Under the pieces are notes generated by a model. It searched no databases. It saw only the letters and a list, made by a program, of their open reading frames with translations, and was not told the origin of the DNA. Both the position numbers and the translations under genes were made by a program. This document shows positions 1-10,700 of a stretch of DNA of 64,000 nt, piece by piece. Origin of the DNA: Candidatus Eiseniibacteriota bacterium (lineage in GTDB: Bacteria > Eisenbacteria > RBG-16-71-46 > CAZEPH01); assembly GCA_044229145.1 (NCBI GenBank), contig JBGATO010000013.1, positions 1-64,000 on the forward strand. Reading direction: 5' to 3'. Within the stretch, counting starts at the first letter, position 1, and each line of letters begins with the position of its first letter.

Positions 1-45
1 GCGCGGCCGTTCGCATGTGTGGCCCCTTTCCACGGGAGCGACGTC

Positions 46-1236
46 GTGAAAATCGCGTACATCCACATCTACACGCCCTTCGGCGAGACCACCGGTGTCG
101 AGAACTTCCTGCTGACCGTCTTGCGCGGGCTCGACAAGACGAAGTATCAGCCGGCGGTGTTCGTCACCAAGGATTCGATCTTCAAGAAGGACGTGCTGGA
201 GACCGGCGCCGAGTGCATCGAAGTCGACGTGCCGCTCGGCCTCCTGCAGATGACGCGCAGCCTCGACCCGGCGAACTTGATGCGCGGGCTGACCATGCTG
301 CCGAACTTCCTGTCGCTGCGCTCGCGGCTCGGCGGCATGCTGCGCGCGTGGGGCGCCGACGTCGTGCACACCAACCACCACGTGTCGAACTTCTACGGCG
401 GCGCGGCGGCGGAAGCGGCGAAGCTGCCGTGCGTGTGGCACGTGCACGAGCCGATCTTCAACAAGAACATGGCGTCGATCTACCGCACCTTCGCCAAGAA
501 GTACGCCGATCACATCGTGTGCGTGAGCAAGTGGGAACAGGACGTCAACTTCCCCGACGAGGTCGCGTTCCCCAACGTGTCGGTGGTGTACAACGGCTTC
601 AACTTCCCCGAGTTCCGCGCCAAGGCGGACCGCGCGGCGTTCCGGCGCGAGTTCGGCTTCAGCGACGACACGCCGGTGATCGGCTACGTCTCGCACCTGG
701 CGCCGTTCAAGGGCCAGCCGGACTTCCTCGACGCGCTGCCGAAGGTGTTCGAGAAGTTCCCCAACGCGCGTGCTCTCGTCGTCGGCGGTGCGGTGTACAA
801 GGCGTTCCGCGACTACGACCAGGTGCTCAAGGATCAGGCGCAGAAGCTCGGCATCCTCGACAAGATCGTGTTCACCGGCGCGCGCCGCGACGTCGCCAGC
901 GCGATGGCGGCCGCCGACATCTACGCCTGTTGCTCGCGCACCGAGGAGTTCAACCGCGTGGTGATCGAGGCGATGTCGCTCAAGGTGCCGGCCGTCACCA
1001 CGACGCCGCGCGAGGTGAGCGTCATGGTCGAGCACGACGTCACCGGATTGCTGGTGCCGATCGCCGATCCTGGCGCGATGGGCGATGCGTTCATCCGCCT
1101 GCTCGGCGACGCCGCGCTGCGCCAGCGTCTCGGCGAAGCCGGCAGCGTCTACGTCGACAAGATCTTCTCGATCGAAAAGACGGTGGCGGACCTCTGCGCA
1201 ATCTACGACAAGATGGCGCCGGGGGCGAAGCGGTAG
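46..1236 (+). CDS. Glycosyltransferase family 4 (GT-B fold)
   Basis: N-terminal GVEN motif, HTN and WHVHE segments, VVYNG, KGQ, and C-terminal EEFNRVVIEAM..VPAV..TGLLVP. GTG start at 46 follows GGAG. Confidence 0.9.
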   Translation: MKIAYIHIYTPFGETTGVENFLLTVLRGLDKTKYQPAVFVTKDSIFKKDVLETGAECIEVDVPLGLLQMTRSLDPANLMRGLTMLPNFLSLRSRLGGMLRAWGADVVHTNHHVSNFYGGAAAEAAKLPCVWHVHEPIFNKNMASIYRTFAKKYADHIVCVSKWEQDVNFPDEVAFPNVSVVYNGFNFPEFRAKADRAAFRREFGFSDDTPVIGYVSHLAPFKGQPDFLDALPKVFEKFPNARALVVGGAVYKAFRDYDQVLKDQAQKLGILDKIVFTGARRDVASAMAAADIYACCSRTEEFNRVVIEAMSLKVPAVTTTPREVSVMVEHDVTGLLVPIADPGAMGDAFIRLLGDAALRQRLGEAGSVYVDKIFSIEKTVADLCAIYDKMAPGAKR

Positions 1237-1266
1237 CGCGGAGGCACGACACGTGCGATTCGCGAC

Positions 1267-1300
1267 GAGCGCCGGCGGGATGGCATCCCCGCCGGCGCTT
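1267..1300 (+). terminator. GC-rich hairpin downstream of the GT4 gene
   Basis: AGCGCCGGCGGG / CCCGCCGGCGCT inverted repeat, followed by TGACCGTTTT. Confidence 0.55.
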
Positions 1301-1328
1301 GACCGTTTTCGCGCGGCGGCGGTAGCGT
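1299..1328 (+). promoter_or_regulatory. Sigma70-like promoter, probably leaderless
   Basis: TTGACC-N18-TAGCGT, ATG 7 nt downstream, no SD sequence. Confidence 0.55.
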
Positions 1329-1335
1329 CGCGCCC

Positions 1336-1713
1336 ATGACCGACACTCTACGCTCCGCGCTCGCCGTGGTCCCCGACCTGTTCTTCTCGACCAAGATCGC
1401 CGAAGTGGCGAAGCATTGCGGCGTGACGCTGCGGCTGGCGCCGCGCGTTGCCGACATCGGCGCCGCCTATGCGGCGTGTGGCGACACCGCGCCGTCGCTG
1501 GCCTTCGTCGATATGGCCTCGCTGGGCGCCGACACCGCGACGGCGATCGTGGCGTTGCGTGCCGCCGGCGGACCGGCGCTGCGGATCGTCGCGTTCGGCT
1601 CGCACGTCGACACGGAAGCATTCGCGGCCGCGGACGCGGCGGGCGCCGATCTCACATGGCCGCGATCGAAACTGGTCGCCACGTTGCCGCAGTTGTTGCG
1701 CGGCGAGGTGTAG
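1336..1713 (+). CDS. Stand-alone atypical response-regulator receiver-like protein
   Basis: Beta/alpha pattern LAVVPD..LAFVDM..IVAFGSH..AGAD resembles the CheY fold. Confidence 0.7.
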   Translation: MTDTLRSALAVVPDLFFSTKIAEVAKHCGVTLRLAPRVADIGAAYAACGDTAPSLAFVDMASLGADTATAIVALRAAGGPALRIVAFGSHVDTEAFAAADAAGADLTWPRSKLVATLPQLLRGEV

Positions 1714-1720
1714 CGCGGCG

Positions 1721-2521
1721 ATGGACGTGCTCCACGCGATTGGGCTCGGCGTCCTTGGCTTCGGGCTCGGCGTGCTCGGCACGTTGGTCGGCGTCGGCGG
1801 CGGCTTCCTGCTCGCGCCGCTGCTCTTGCTCTTCTTCCCGCACGACAAGACGACGCTGCTCACCGCGATCTCACTCGGCGTCGTGTTCCTCAACGCGGCG
1901 GCCGGAACGATCGCGTACGCGAAACTCGGACGCATCGACTACCGCACTGGCTTCGTGTTCGCGCTCGCCGGCGCGCCAGGTTCGATCGTCGGTGCGCTCG
2001 CCAGCGCGCTGTTGCCGCGCGGGATGTTCGACGCGATGTTCGGGCTGGTGTTGGTGAGTCTTGGTGGCTTCCTGTTCTCGCGCCGCCGGCTGCCGCGTCG
2101 CGGCGACGAGCCGGAAGTTGTCGATTTGCGACTCGGAGCAGCGCTGAGTTTCGCGGTGGGATTCCTGAGCAGCATCTTCGGCGTCGGCGGCGGCATCATC
2201 CACGTGCCGCTCTTGGTCGAAGTGTTCGGCTATCCGCCGCACGTCGCCACCGCGACATCGACCTTCATCCTCATGTTGATGTCGGCGACCGGCACCACGA
2301 CGAACTTGGTGGCCGGACGTTTGACCGGCGGATTTCTGCGCATGGCGATTCTCGGTGGCGGCGCCTTGGCGGGCGCACAAATCGGCGCGGCGTATTCGTC
2401 GCGCGTGCCGGGACGCACGTTGGTGCGCATCCTCGCCGTGCTGGCGTTCGGGATGGGACTGCGGTTGCTCTACGGCGCGCTCATCGCCTTCGAGATGAGC
2501 GAGCGGGCACACGGCGGTTAG
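1721..2521 (+). CDS. Sulfite exporter TauE/SafE family membrane protein
   Basis: Duplicated GVGGG motifs (GTLVGVGGGFLLAP and SIFGVGGGIIHVP), ATATS, about 8 hydrophobic helices. Confidence 0.9.
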   Translation: MDVLHAIGLGVLGFGLGVLGTLVGVGGGFLLAPLLLLFFPHDKTTLLTAISLGVVFLNAAAGTIAYAKLGRIDYRTGFVFALAGAPGSIVGALASALLPRGMFDAMFGLVLVSLGGFLFSRRRLPRRGDEPEVVDLRLGAALSFAVGFLSSIFGVGGGIIHVPLLVEVFGYPPHVATATSTFILMLMSATGTTTNLVAGRLTGGFLRMAILGGGALAGAQIGAAYSSRVPGRTLVRILAVLAFGMGLRLLYGALIAFEMSERAHGG

Positions 2522-5500
2522 CGCACGACGACCAACCGGCTGGTGTGCGCGGACTCGCCGTCGATGCGCAGTTGGATGAAGTAGACGCCTGTGGGGAGTG
2601 CGCGGCCGGCGTCGTCGCGCGGCCGCCACTCCATCCGGTGCCCGCCAGGGGTCAGACTGCCGTGATAGATCACCGCGGCGCGACGCCCGTGCAGGTCGTA
2701 GGCGTCGAGCACCAGCGGCCGCGCGACGAGGTCGCCCTGCGCCGCCGCGATGCCGACCTGCACGAGGGCCGGCTCGCCTCCGCGCACGACCGTGTGTGCG
2801 AGGTGAAGCGGCAGCGTCGTCGTCCAGGCGCGCTGAACGTCGCCCACCACGAACTCTTCACCCCACGATGTCACCGCGACCACGCGATAAGCGATGTAAT
2901 CGCTCAGCGCGGAACTCCACGCGCGCGCGGTGCCGCCGAGCGTCGCCACGGTCGCATACGTGCCGTTGTCCGCGCGGCGCGCGGCGATGCGCACCGATTG
3001 CACGACGCCGAACGGATCCGCGAACTCCCAGCGCACGGCCACCGAATCGCCGACCGTGGATAGCACCGGCGCGTGCGCGTCATCGATGCCACGGAGGTGC
3101 AGAAGACCGAACAGCAACGTGTCGCCGCTTTCGGTGATTCCCGCGATGCGATATGCATCGCCAATGGCGGGCGAGCTGGCCGTGTACTCGCGTACACCGG
3201 CTGGCAATGCGGTGACCTGCCACCCGCTCTGTTGCGCCCGAAGCACCTGCACCACCGTGCGCGTCACGTTCGCCGGTGGCGCCCAGGCAAAGTGCAGCCC
3301 GGACGTGTCGCGCGTCAGCGCCAGGTGCGCGTCCGCGGCGGCGAATGGCGGGAGCACGTCGAGCGTGTCGCCGTACGCGGTGATCGCGTGCACGTGCAGG
3401 ACATCGCCCGGCGCCGGATTGGCGAGCGCGGCGGATGGCTCGACATCTGGCAACGCGACATGCGTGATTGCGCCATCGCGTGCCGCATGCCGCTCGCTCG
3501 CGTAGCGGAGTCCGAGTGGCACGGCGGGCGTCGTCGCCCACGTCACTCGGACAGTGGAATCCGCGACCGTGATCGCTTCCAGCGCGAAGCGCACCGAGTC
3601 GCGCACCGCGACCGGAAGGCTCCAGGCGTGACCGATCGGCAAGCCGTCGGCCGGTGTGACGCGAAAGCGCACCGCGCGTCCGCCCGGCATGCCGAGTGTG
3701 CCGCTCCACGTGCCGCGCGTTCCGTCACTGGCGAGCGAGTCCGCCAGCGATTCCCACGTGTGGCCGTCACGCGCGACCCAAAGGTGCGCCAGCTGCGTCC
3801 CGACCCACTCGAGATGCAATGAGTCGCTCGTGGTGGGCGGGTTGCTCGGCGCGCGCACGGTCAGCGCGGTGAAGCACGGCGCCCGGCGCGCGAGCAGTAG
3901 CTCTTGTCCGGTCGGGCCGTACCGGCGCAGCGTCACCACCGGCGTGTCGTCCACGCGCCATCCGCGCGGCAGGACGATCGGTTCGGCGTACGGTTCGTCG
4001 GTGCCGACCGGGAGCGATGTCGCGCGGATCTGCAGTCCGGCGGGTTCGACGTTCCCGAGTTGGATGTTGTCGCGCGTGCGCAGCGCGATCTGCGACAGGC
4101 CACGTGGCTGTGTGATGTGGCCGTTGGCGGCGAAGAGCGCCGCGGGTCCGTTGACCGGTGCTCGCGCCGCGCACGTCGAGGCGAACCACGCGCCGGTGGC
4201 GGGCTGCCACAGTCCGATCGCCGAGGGAGTTCCCATCTTGATGATGACGTCGTCGTGGCCGTCGCCGGTGAGATCGCCGGCTGGCGCGACGGCGTCGACC
4301 GGTGAAACCATCCATCGATTGACATCCGACAACGCGGCGGGGAGGCCGCCGCTGACGGTGTCGTGACACCACACACCCACGAATGCGGTGAACGAATCGC
4401 CATGCGCGACGACGTCCGCGCCCGCGGTGTCGAACACGTGCGCGACGCTCACCGACTTCCCGACGCCCCAGAGAAGACTGTGCGTGAAGTCGGAGGCCCA
4501 TGCGGTCCAGGCGCGTGGCGCGGGCGGTGTGGCGGCGAACGGGCCGGCGTACACGTAGAGTGCGCCGTGTCCAGACGACGCGCCGGGCGCGCCCACCACC
4601 AGATCGCCCGCCGCGCTGCCCGCGACATCGGCGCCCGCGGCGAGCGCGGTGCCGAACTGATCGCCCGCGCCTCCGGCGCCCGCGATGGTGCCGAGCAATG
4701 CCGGCGTTACGGCCAGCCCAGCGTAGCGGTACACGGCGCCAGGTGTCGTGCGCGTTCCGGGGGCGCCGACGAACAACTCGGGCGCGCCGTCGCCATCGAG
4801 ATCGGCCACCGCGAGCGCGGCGCCGAAGCGGGATGCGCCTGACGGCGCGGCGAGCGTCCAGGCCAGAGCGAGCTGCCCCGTGTCATCGACGCGCCACGCG
4901 TGGACGCGGCCGTCGTCGCGGTCGCCCGCGAGGATGTCGTCGTCGCCGTCGGCGTCGAGATCCGCGGCGAGCAGCGTGAAGTTCGCCGTGACGGTCGCGC
5001 CCGCCACCGTCAGCGAGTCGACCAGCGTCAGTGATGGCGGCGCGGTGATGCGGCTCACGCGTACTGTTGGCGACAGCGCAGTGTACGCGAGGGTCGGATC
5101 GTCGGCGCGCAGGCGGAAGCGCACGCTGTCGGCGTGAGCAACCGGCACCACGAGCGTCACGGCGTTCGTCTCGGTGCCGCCGCTGTGCGTCGCGAGCGTC
5201 GACCACGTCGCGCCGCGATCGAGCGAGTAGTCCAGATTCGCGGGTTCGGCGCCGGACCACGCGATGGTGCCCGCCTCATCCGCGATCCACGCGTGCGTGG
5301 CCTCTGGTGCGGTGAACGCGTGGAGCGCGACCGAGAACAGCCGCTGCCCGGCGACTCCGCCGTCGATGAGATCGGGAAATCCGTCGCCCAGCAGGTCCCC
5401 GGCGCCGAGCAACGAGGTGAAGGCGCCGGTCAGCTGCTTCCACTTGGTGAGCCCGGTGGCGCCGCCGCGATAGAACCACGTCGAGGACACGAGGCTGGCG

Positions 5501-6636
5501 GGATACCGTGTCGACGTGTCGAGTGCCACCGCGGTGGCCACCAGATCGGCGTTGCCGTCGCCATCGACATCGCCGGCGGACACGCACAGCGACATCGGCG
5601 TGGCGAGCGTCAGGACGGTGTTGGTGCCGTCGATGCGCGGGCCGCCCAGCAACGTCTGAGTCGATCCTGTGAGGTGCAGCGCCTCGCAGAGTTTCCCGAG
5701 GCCGCAGTAGCTCGAGGGCTCGTACTGCCACCACGTCGCCATGGCGCCGACGGTGAGATCCGCGTAACCGTCAGCATCGATGTCGCCGAGGGCAGCGAGT
5801 TGGAGTGCGCCGGAGCCATTGCGGGCGCCATACGTGCTGCCGTCGTAGGCGGGAACTGACGTGCACTCGAGCGTGCGCGCGAGCGCGGGTGGCGCGCCGC
5901 CCGCGAACACGTACACACGCGACAGCAGTCCGGGAGTGGGCCGCGACGCCACCGCGATCTCGGCATCGCCGTCACGATCGAGGTCGCCGGCCGCCACGAC
6001 CTGATCGCCGAATTTCGCGACGCCGTCGCTGGTGCTCCACGTCCAGTCCGGCGTGAGGGCGAGCGGTGAGGCGCCGCGATACACCGAGACGCGGCCATCG
6101 TCGGGTGCGCTGGCGACGATGTCGTCTCGACCGTCGCCGTCGACGTCGGCACACGCGAGTGCCGCGCCCAAGCGGCCCGTTCCGGTGAGCGTCGCGCGGG
6201 TGGTCGTCGTGCCGTCGGAAAGCACGTTCAGCACGCGCACGTTGCCGGGCGCATAGCCGATCAGCACGTCGAGTCCCGCTTCGCTGGTGCCGTCGAGCCG
6301 TCCGGCCGCGATCGCGACGACCGACGTGAGATCGGAGAGTGTCGCCTCGACGTAGTGCGCGCGTCCCGCCCGCACGTCACGGCCGAACGCGACGAGCAAT
6401 CGCAGCGGGTTCACGCCGCTCTCGACGCCGACGACATCGGAGATCCCGTCGCGGTCGAAGTCCGCGAGCACTTCGATGCTGCACGCGGGCAAGCCGAGCA
6501 ACGTGTCGGAGACCGTCGTTGCGAGCGATCGTGCGAAGGAGGGGGCTGCCACCAGCATCACCCCGAGGCACAGGGCGAACGTACATCGCTGCATCGTGCG
6601 TGCGGAAATCGCCATGACAACTCTCGGATTCAACAT
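2518..6636 (-). CDS. Large secreted FG-GAP (integrin-alpha-like) repeat protein with C-terminal FlgD-Ig/CTD-like domain
   Basis: Signal peptide; many DxDGDGxxD and FG..GAP repeats; C-terminus YDLHGR..W...D..G..LPTGVYFIQL. Start uncertain (6636 or 6594). Confidence 0.85.
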   Translation of the reverse strand: MLNPRVVMAISARTMQRCTFALCLGVMLVAAPSFARSLATTVSDTLLGLPACSIEVLADFDRDGISDVVGVESGVNPLRLLVAFGRDVRAGRAHYVEATLSDLTSVVAIAAGRLDGTSEAGLDVLIGYAPGNVRVLNVLSDGTTTTRATLTGTGRLGAALACADVDGDGRDDIVASAPDDGRVSVYRGASPLALTPDWTWSTSDGVAKFGDQVVAAGDLDRDGDAEIAVASRPTPGLLSRVYVFAGGAPPALARTLECTSVPAYDGSTYGARNGSGALQLAALGDIDADGYADLTVGAMATWWQYEPSSYCGLGKLCEALHLTGSTQTLLGGPRIDGTNTVLTLATPMSLCVSAGDVDGDGNADLVATAVALDTSTRYPASLVSSTWFYRGGATGLTKWKQLTGAFTSLLGAGDLLGDGFPDLIDGGVAGQRLFSVALHAFTAPEATHAWIADEAGTIAWSGAEPANLDYSLDRGATWSTLATHSGGTETNAVTLVVPVAHADSVRFRLRADDPTLAYTALSPTVRVSRITAPPSLTLVDSLTVAGATVTANFTLLAADLDADGDDDILAGDRDDGRVHAWRVDDTGQLALAWTLAAPSGASRFGAALAVADLDGDGAPELFVGAPGTRTTPGAVYRYAGLAVTPALLGTIAGAGGAGDQFGTALAAGADVAGSAAGDLVVGAPGASSGHGALYVYAGPFAATPPAPRAWTAWASDFTHSLLWGVGKSVSVAHVFDTAGADVVAHGDSFTAFVGVWCHDTVSGGLPAALSDVNRWMVSPVDAVAPAGDLTGDGHDDVIIKMGTPSAIGLWQPATGAWFASTCAARAPVNGPAALFAANGHITQPRGLSQIALRTRDNIQLGNVEPAGLQIRATSLPVGTDEPYAEPIVLPRGWRVDDTPVVTLRRYGPTGQELLLARRAPCFTALTVRAPSNPPTTSDSLHLEWVGTQLAHLWVARDGHTWESLADSLASDGTRGTWSGTLGMPGGRAVRFRVTPADGLPIGHAWSLPVAVRDSVRFALEAITVADSTVRVTWATTPAVPLGLRYASERHAARDGAITHVALPDVEPSAALANPAPGDVLHVHAITAYGDTLDVLPPFAAADAHLALTRDTSGLHFAWAPPANVTRTVVQVLRAQQSGWQVTALPAGVREYTASSPAIGDAYRIAGITESGDTLLFGLLHLRGIDDAHAPVLSTVGDSVAVRWEFADPFGVVQSVRIAARRADNGTYATVATLGGTARAWSSALSDYIAYRVVAVTSWGEEFVVGDVQRAWTTTLPLHLAHTVVRGGEPALVQVGIAAAQGDLVARPLVLDAYDLHGRRAAVIYHGSLTPGGHRMEWRPRDDAGRALPTGVYFIQLRIDGESAHTSRLVVVR

Positions 6637-6724
6637 CTCGACACCACGAGGAACAGGCGAACGTCGTACTACGAAGAACCTGGCAAAGTTCCGGGGGATT
6701 CGCAAGGCCTCTGGAGGATGCTGT

Positions 6725-7456
6725 TCACGGATGGGGCCGCTGCCGCGCGTGCGCGCGCAACGCGGCGGTGTCGAGTGACTCGGCGCCGGTGCATGCCGCG
6801 CGCATCGCCGCGGCCGAGGCCGTGCGCGCGGTGGGCCATGCCTCGCATTCGGCCCGCGTCAGCAGGCGCGCTGCCCATGCCTCGCGCGTCGTCCTCGGCG
6901 CCAACACGTGGCGGTGCGCGACCAGCCACGGCGCCAGCCGCGCCCGTGTCGCGCCGTCGGGCGCCACGGACGCGAGATGCCGCGGCGGTATCGCGGGTGC
7001 CAAGAACCGCCGCAGGACGATGCGGTCCGCGTCGGAGAGCGGCCGCACCCACGGCAAATCCATCGCCTCCGCGACGCCGAGCGGATCGTGCGCCCCGAGC
7101 GCCGCGAGATCGAGCAACTGCCATCGCCGCGCCCGCGCCAGCGTCGACTCCACGGTCGCGTACGTGGCGCCCGTCTGGTCGGCGATCTCCTCGGGCCGCA
7201 TCTCCTCGTCGAGCACGTGCCGGCAGGCTTCGAGCACCAGCTCTCGCAGCACCGCGCGCTGCGCCACCGGCATGCCGTGGCGGCGTGCGCGGGCCGTCGC
7301 GCTGTCGACCAGCGCGGCACGGGCGGCGTGGACGCGGGGATCGAGCGAGTCGGCAGGCTCGGAGGCGTGGACGGGGCCCCCAGCGGCGAGCATCGCGAGG
7401 ACGATGTGGCCGAAAACGGCGCACGCGAGACGGCGAGATTTCCACCACGTGGCCAG
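6725..7456 (-). CDS. Hypothetical protein, possibly exported
   Basis: Fills the intergenic gap; signal-like segment RRLACAVFGHIVLAMLAAGGPVHA. Start codon uncertain (CTG 7456 or ATG 7393). Confidence 0.45.
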   Translation of the reverse strand: MATWWKSRRLACAVFGHIVLAMLAAGGPVHASEPADSLDPRVHAARAALVDSATARARRHGMPVAQRAVLRELVLEACRHVLDEEMRPEEIADQTGATYATVESTLARARRWQLLDLAALGAHDPLGVAEAMDLPWVRPLSDADRIVLRRFLAPAIPPRHLASVAPDGATRARLAPWLVAHRHVLAPRTTREAWAARLLTRAECEAWPTARTASAAAMRAACTGAESLDTAALRAHARQRPHP

Positions 7457-7586
7457 TTCTTGCCCGCCACCCGTGGAGACATTTCCGCCAGCGTGGCAGT
7501 GCGCCTGCGCCGGGCTACGGCTGAGGCCGCGCGCTAAGCCGTTGCCGTGCAACGGTGAGGTCGGCGAATGGCCCGCGGGAGTGCGA

Positions 7587-7688
7587 ATGGCACGCATCCT
7601 GCCTGTGGTCCTCCCAGCGAAGTTCAAGGCGAGGGCAGCGGGGAGCGTGGCCCCGCTGGGGTTTGGCGGCCTCCGACCAGTCTGGTGA
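7587..7688 (+). CDS. Putative 33-aa small protein MARILPVVLPAKFKARAAGSVAPLGFGGLRPVW
   Basis: GGGAG 5 nt before ATG, mostly G/C third codon positions, terminator directly downstream. Confidence 0.5.
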   Translation: MARILPVVLPAKFKARAAGSVAPLGFGGLRPVW

Positions 7689-7710
7689 CTGTCGCCTGAC
7701 CCACACCCGG

Positions 7711-7745
7711 GACGGCGAGCCCTAGTGGCTCGCCGTTCGCCTTTT
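7711..7745 (+). terminator. Hairpin terminator, possibly bidirectional
   Basis: ACGGCGAGCC-CTAGT-GGCTCGCCGT followed by TCGCCTTTT. Confidence 0.65.
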
Positions 7746-7759
7746 CCCCCCAACCCTTC

Positions 7760-10700
7760 CTAGACGCGGGATTCGCCCGCCCCCTGTTCGGCTGGAGCCG
7801 TGTGTGTGTCACCGCCGGCCGCGCGCCTGTCCGCCGACGCCGCGACCACCGCATTTCGCCCCTGCGCCTTGGCGTGATACAGCGCGTCGTCGGCCGCCCG
7901 CGTGAGGTCTTCCGCCGTCAGCCCCTCGCCCGGATAGGCCGCCACACCCACCGAAACCGTCGCATGCGCGGCCGGCGTGTCGCCACTGCCGATGAAGCGC
8001 GTTTCGGCGATGCGGCTGCGCAGCTTCTCGGCGAGCACCGCGCCACCGGCGAGATCGGTGTTGGGCAGGAAGATCGCGAACTCGTCACCGCCCAAGCGTC
8101 CCACTTCGTCGGTCGCGCGCACCGCGTCGCGCATGACGTGCGCGAGCGTGCGCAAGAGCGCGTCGCCCACCGGATGGCCGAAGCGGTCGTTGAAGCTCTT
8201 GAACGCATCGACGTCGACATAGAGCAGCGCGACCGGCGACGAGGTCCGCTGCGCGCGCCGCAATTCGTTGGCGAGCTTTTCCATGAAGTGCCGGTGATTC
8301 GAGACCTCGGTGAGTGGATCGCGCACGGTGCGGGCATTGAGGTCGTCGAGCAAGCGCGAGCGCTGCAGCGCGCCGCCGAGTTGGCCGGCGATCGCCTCGG
8401 TGAGACGCAAATGCTCGCGCGTGAACGCCCGCGGCTGATCGGAGGCCACGCGCAGCACGCCGAAGGTGGCAGCGCCGGCCGTGATCGGGACGCAGGCGTA
8501 GCAGCGCGGCGGTGTCTCGCGGTCGAGTGCGTCGTACGAGCAGCGGAAGTCGGCGTCGGTGTCCGGCACGCTGAAACACTGTCCGCGATTCAAGGCCCAG
8601 CACCCGCGGATGTCGTCGATGGTGATCGGGTGCGCGTCGGCGCCTTCCTGCGCCACGCCGCGGCTGGTGCGGGTTTCGCGCAACGTCAACTGGGTGCCGT
8701 TGTCCTCGGTGAGGAACAGCTGGACGTGGCTGCTCGGGAGCAGGCCGCGCACGCGGTGCAAGACGTATGAGATGACCTCGTGCGGGGTCGACGCCGAGCC
8801 GAGCATCCCCGAGATGTCGTACAGCGCCTGCAGATCGCGCATGCGCGCTTCCGTCTCGGCGTAGCTGCGCGCGTTTTCCACCGCGAGAGCGGCCTGGTCG
8901 CAGATCGCCATCGCGAGCGCGAGTTCCTGATCGGAGAGATCGGCGAGGCCGGCGGCCGAATCGGTGATCACCACGCCGATGACGTGATCGCGCGCCACCA
9001 GCGGCAGCAGCACCATCGCGTGGAGATCGAGTTCGCTGACGAGGGCGCCGGGCGCCCGCGGATCATTGCGGGCCTCGGGGACACGCAGCGGCGTCCCCTC
9101 GGCGAGCAACTGCCGGAACAGCGGTGTGTCGATCGCGAACGAGCGCCCCATGATGGCGCGCCGCAACGCGTCGGTGACGCCGACCACGTACTCCGGCCGC
9201 ATGCGCCGCTCGTCCTCGTCGAGCAGGAAGATGCCGGCGCGATCGGCCCGCAGGATTTCGAGGACCGTGTCGCCGACGGCGCGCAGCACACGCGGCAGCG
9301 ACAGCGTCGTGCTCACGGTGCGCGAAATCGACGACACCGTTTCCGCGAAGCGCAGCTGCCGGCGGTCGGCCTCGTAGAGCCTCGCGTTTTCGATCGCCGT
9401 TGCCACCGCCTTGGCGAGCATGTCGCAGAGTTCCTTCTCGCGCGCCCCGAACACTTTGACGTCATCGAGTGTGCTGAACGACATGGTGCCGATCGACTTG
9501 CCGTGGGCGATCAGCGGCACGATGAGGCACGAGCGGATGCCGAGGGTTTCCATCCACGCGCGCTCCTCGCCGGTGAGCGGTTCGGTGGCGATGTCGGCGA
9601 TCTCGACGGCGCGCTGGCTCACCAACGCGAGGCGCGTGCGGCCATGCACGGCGAGCGGGAACGGCCGGCCCAGGCGGTCGTGCGGCGTGGTCGAGTCGCG
9701 CGCCACCGCGCGGAGCGCGATGGTGTCGGCGCCTTCGCACAGCGACACCGTGCAGCGGGTGACGCCGGCCAGCTTACGGCCGTCCTCGACGGCTTGCTGC
9801 AGCACTTCTTCGAGATTGAGCGTCGCGTGCATGGTGACGCTGATGCGGTGCATGGCGTCGACTTCCGCGGTGCGCTGGTCGAGCGCCACCTGCAGGCCGC
9901 GCACGCGCTCGCGAATCTCCACCGCGTCGAGCGCCGCCGCGGCGTGCTGCGCCAGCGTCGCGAGCAGCGACGCGTCGCGCTGCGACAACGGCCGCGCGAC
10001 GTGCGGTTCGTCCACCAGCAACAGGCCGCGCAGCGCGCCGCGCACGATCAGCGGTGCCACGGTCGCGGCGCGCATGTCGAGCAGATGCGTCAGCGGCGCC
10101 GGCAGGAGGCGACTGTTCAGCGCGTCGGCGATGGTGACCGGGAGCGCTCCCTGGCGCAGTGTCTCCAACAGCGCCGGGACGTCGGAATCGTCGAGACTGA
10201 GCCCGGCGGGAAACGCCGGATTGCCGGGTGACACGACACCGGCGCAGCGGAAGCCGCCGTCGGCGGTGAGGAACAGCAACGCGCGCGAGGCGCCGGTGAT
10301 GCGCGGAGCGCCGGTCAGCGTGAGGTCGGTGATCTCGACCGACGTGGCGGCCGCGTCGATCGCGCGTGCCACCTCGAGCAGCGTCGCATGGCGCTGCGTG
10401 TGCTCGTGGTCGACGCGCACCAAGTCGGCACGGCGCAGCACGTGCGCGGCGGCATCCGCGAACAACTGCAGACGGGCGAAGTCGTCGTCCGAGAGAACCG
10501 CGTCGTCGCGTACCGCCAAGCCGAGGGTGCCGATTTGGTGATCGTCGCAGGTCAGCGGCGTGGCGAGCAGCCGCGTCAGCGACTTCTCGGTGGCCCACAC
10601 GCGCAGCGGTTCGGGCAGCCGCGTGTCGCGGCCGACGTTGTGCGCGGCGAGCGGTTCGCCCACCAACGCGGCCGGCGAGCTATCGGCGCCGAGCGAGGCG

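Noticed and set aside
7560..7745. 6S RNA, tRNA-Sec or HDV-like ribozyme
   Set aside because: Only fragments match (CCTTGAAC on the minus strand, GGCGAATGG); no full consensus fold, and a small ORF explains the region better
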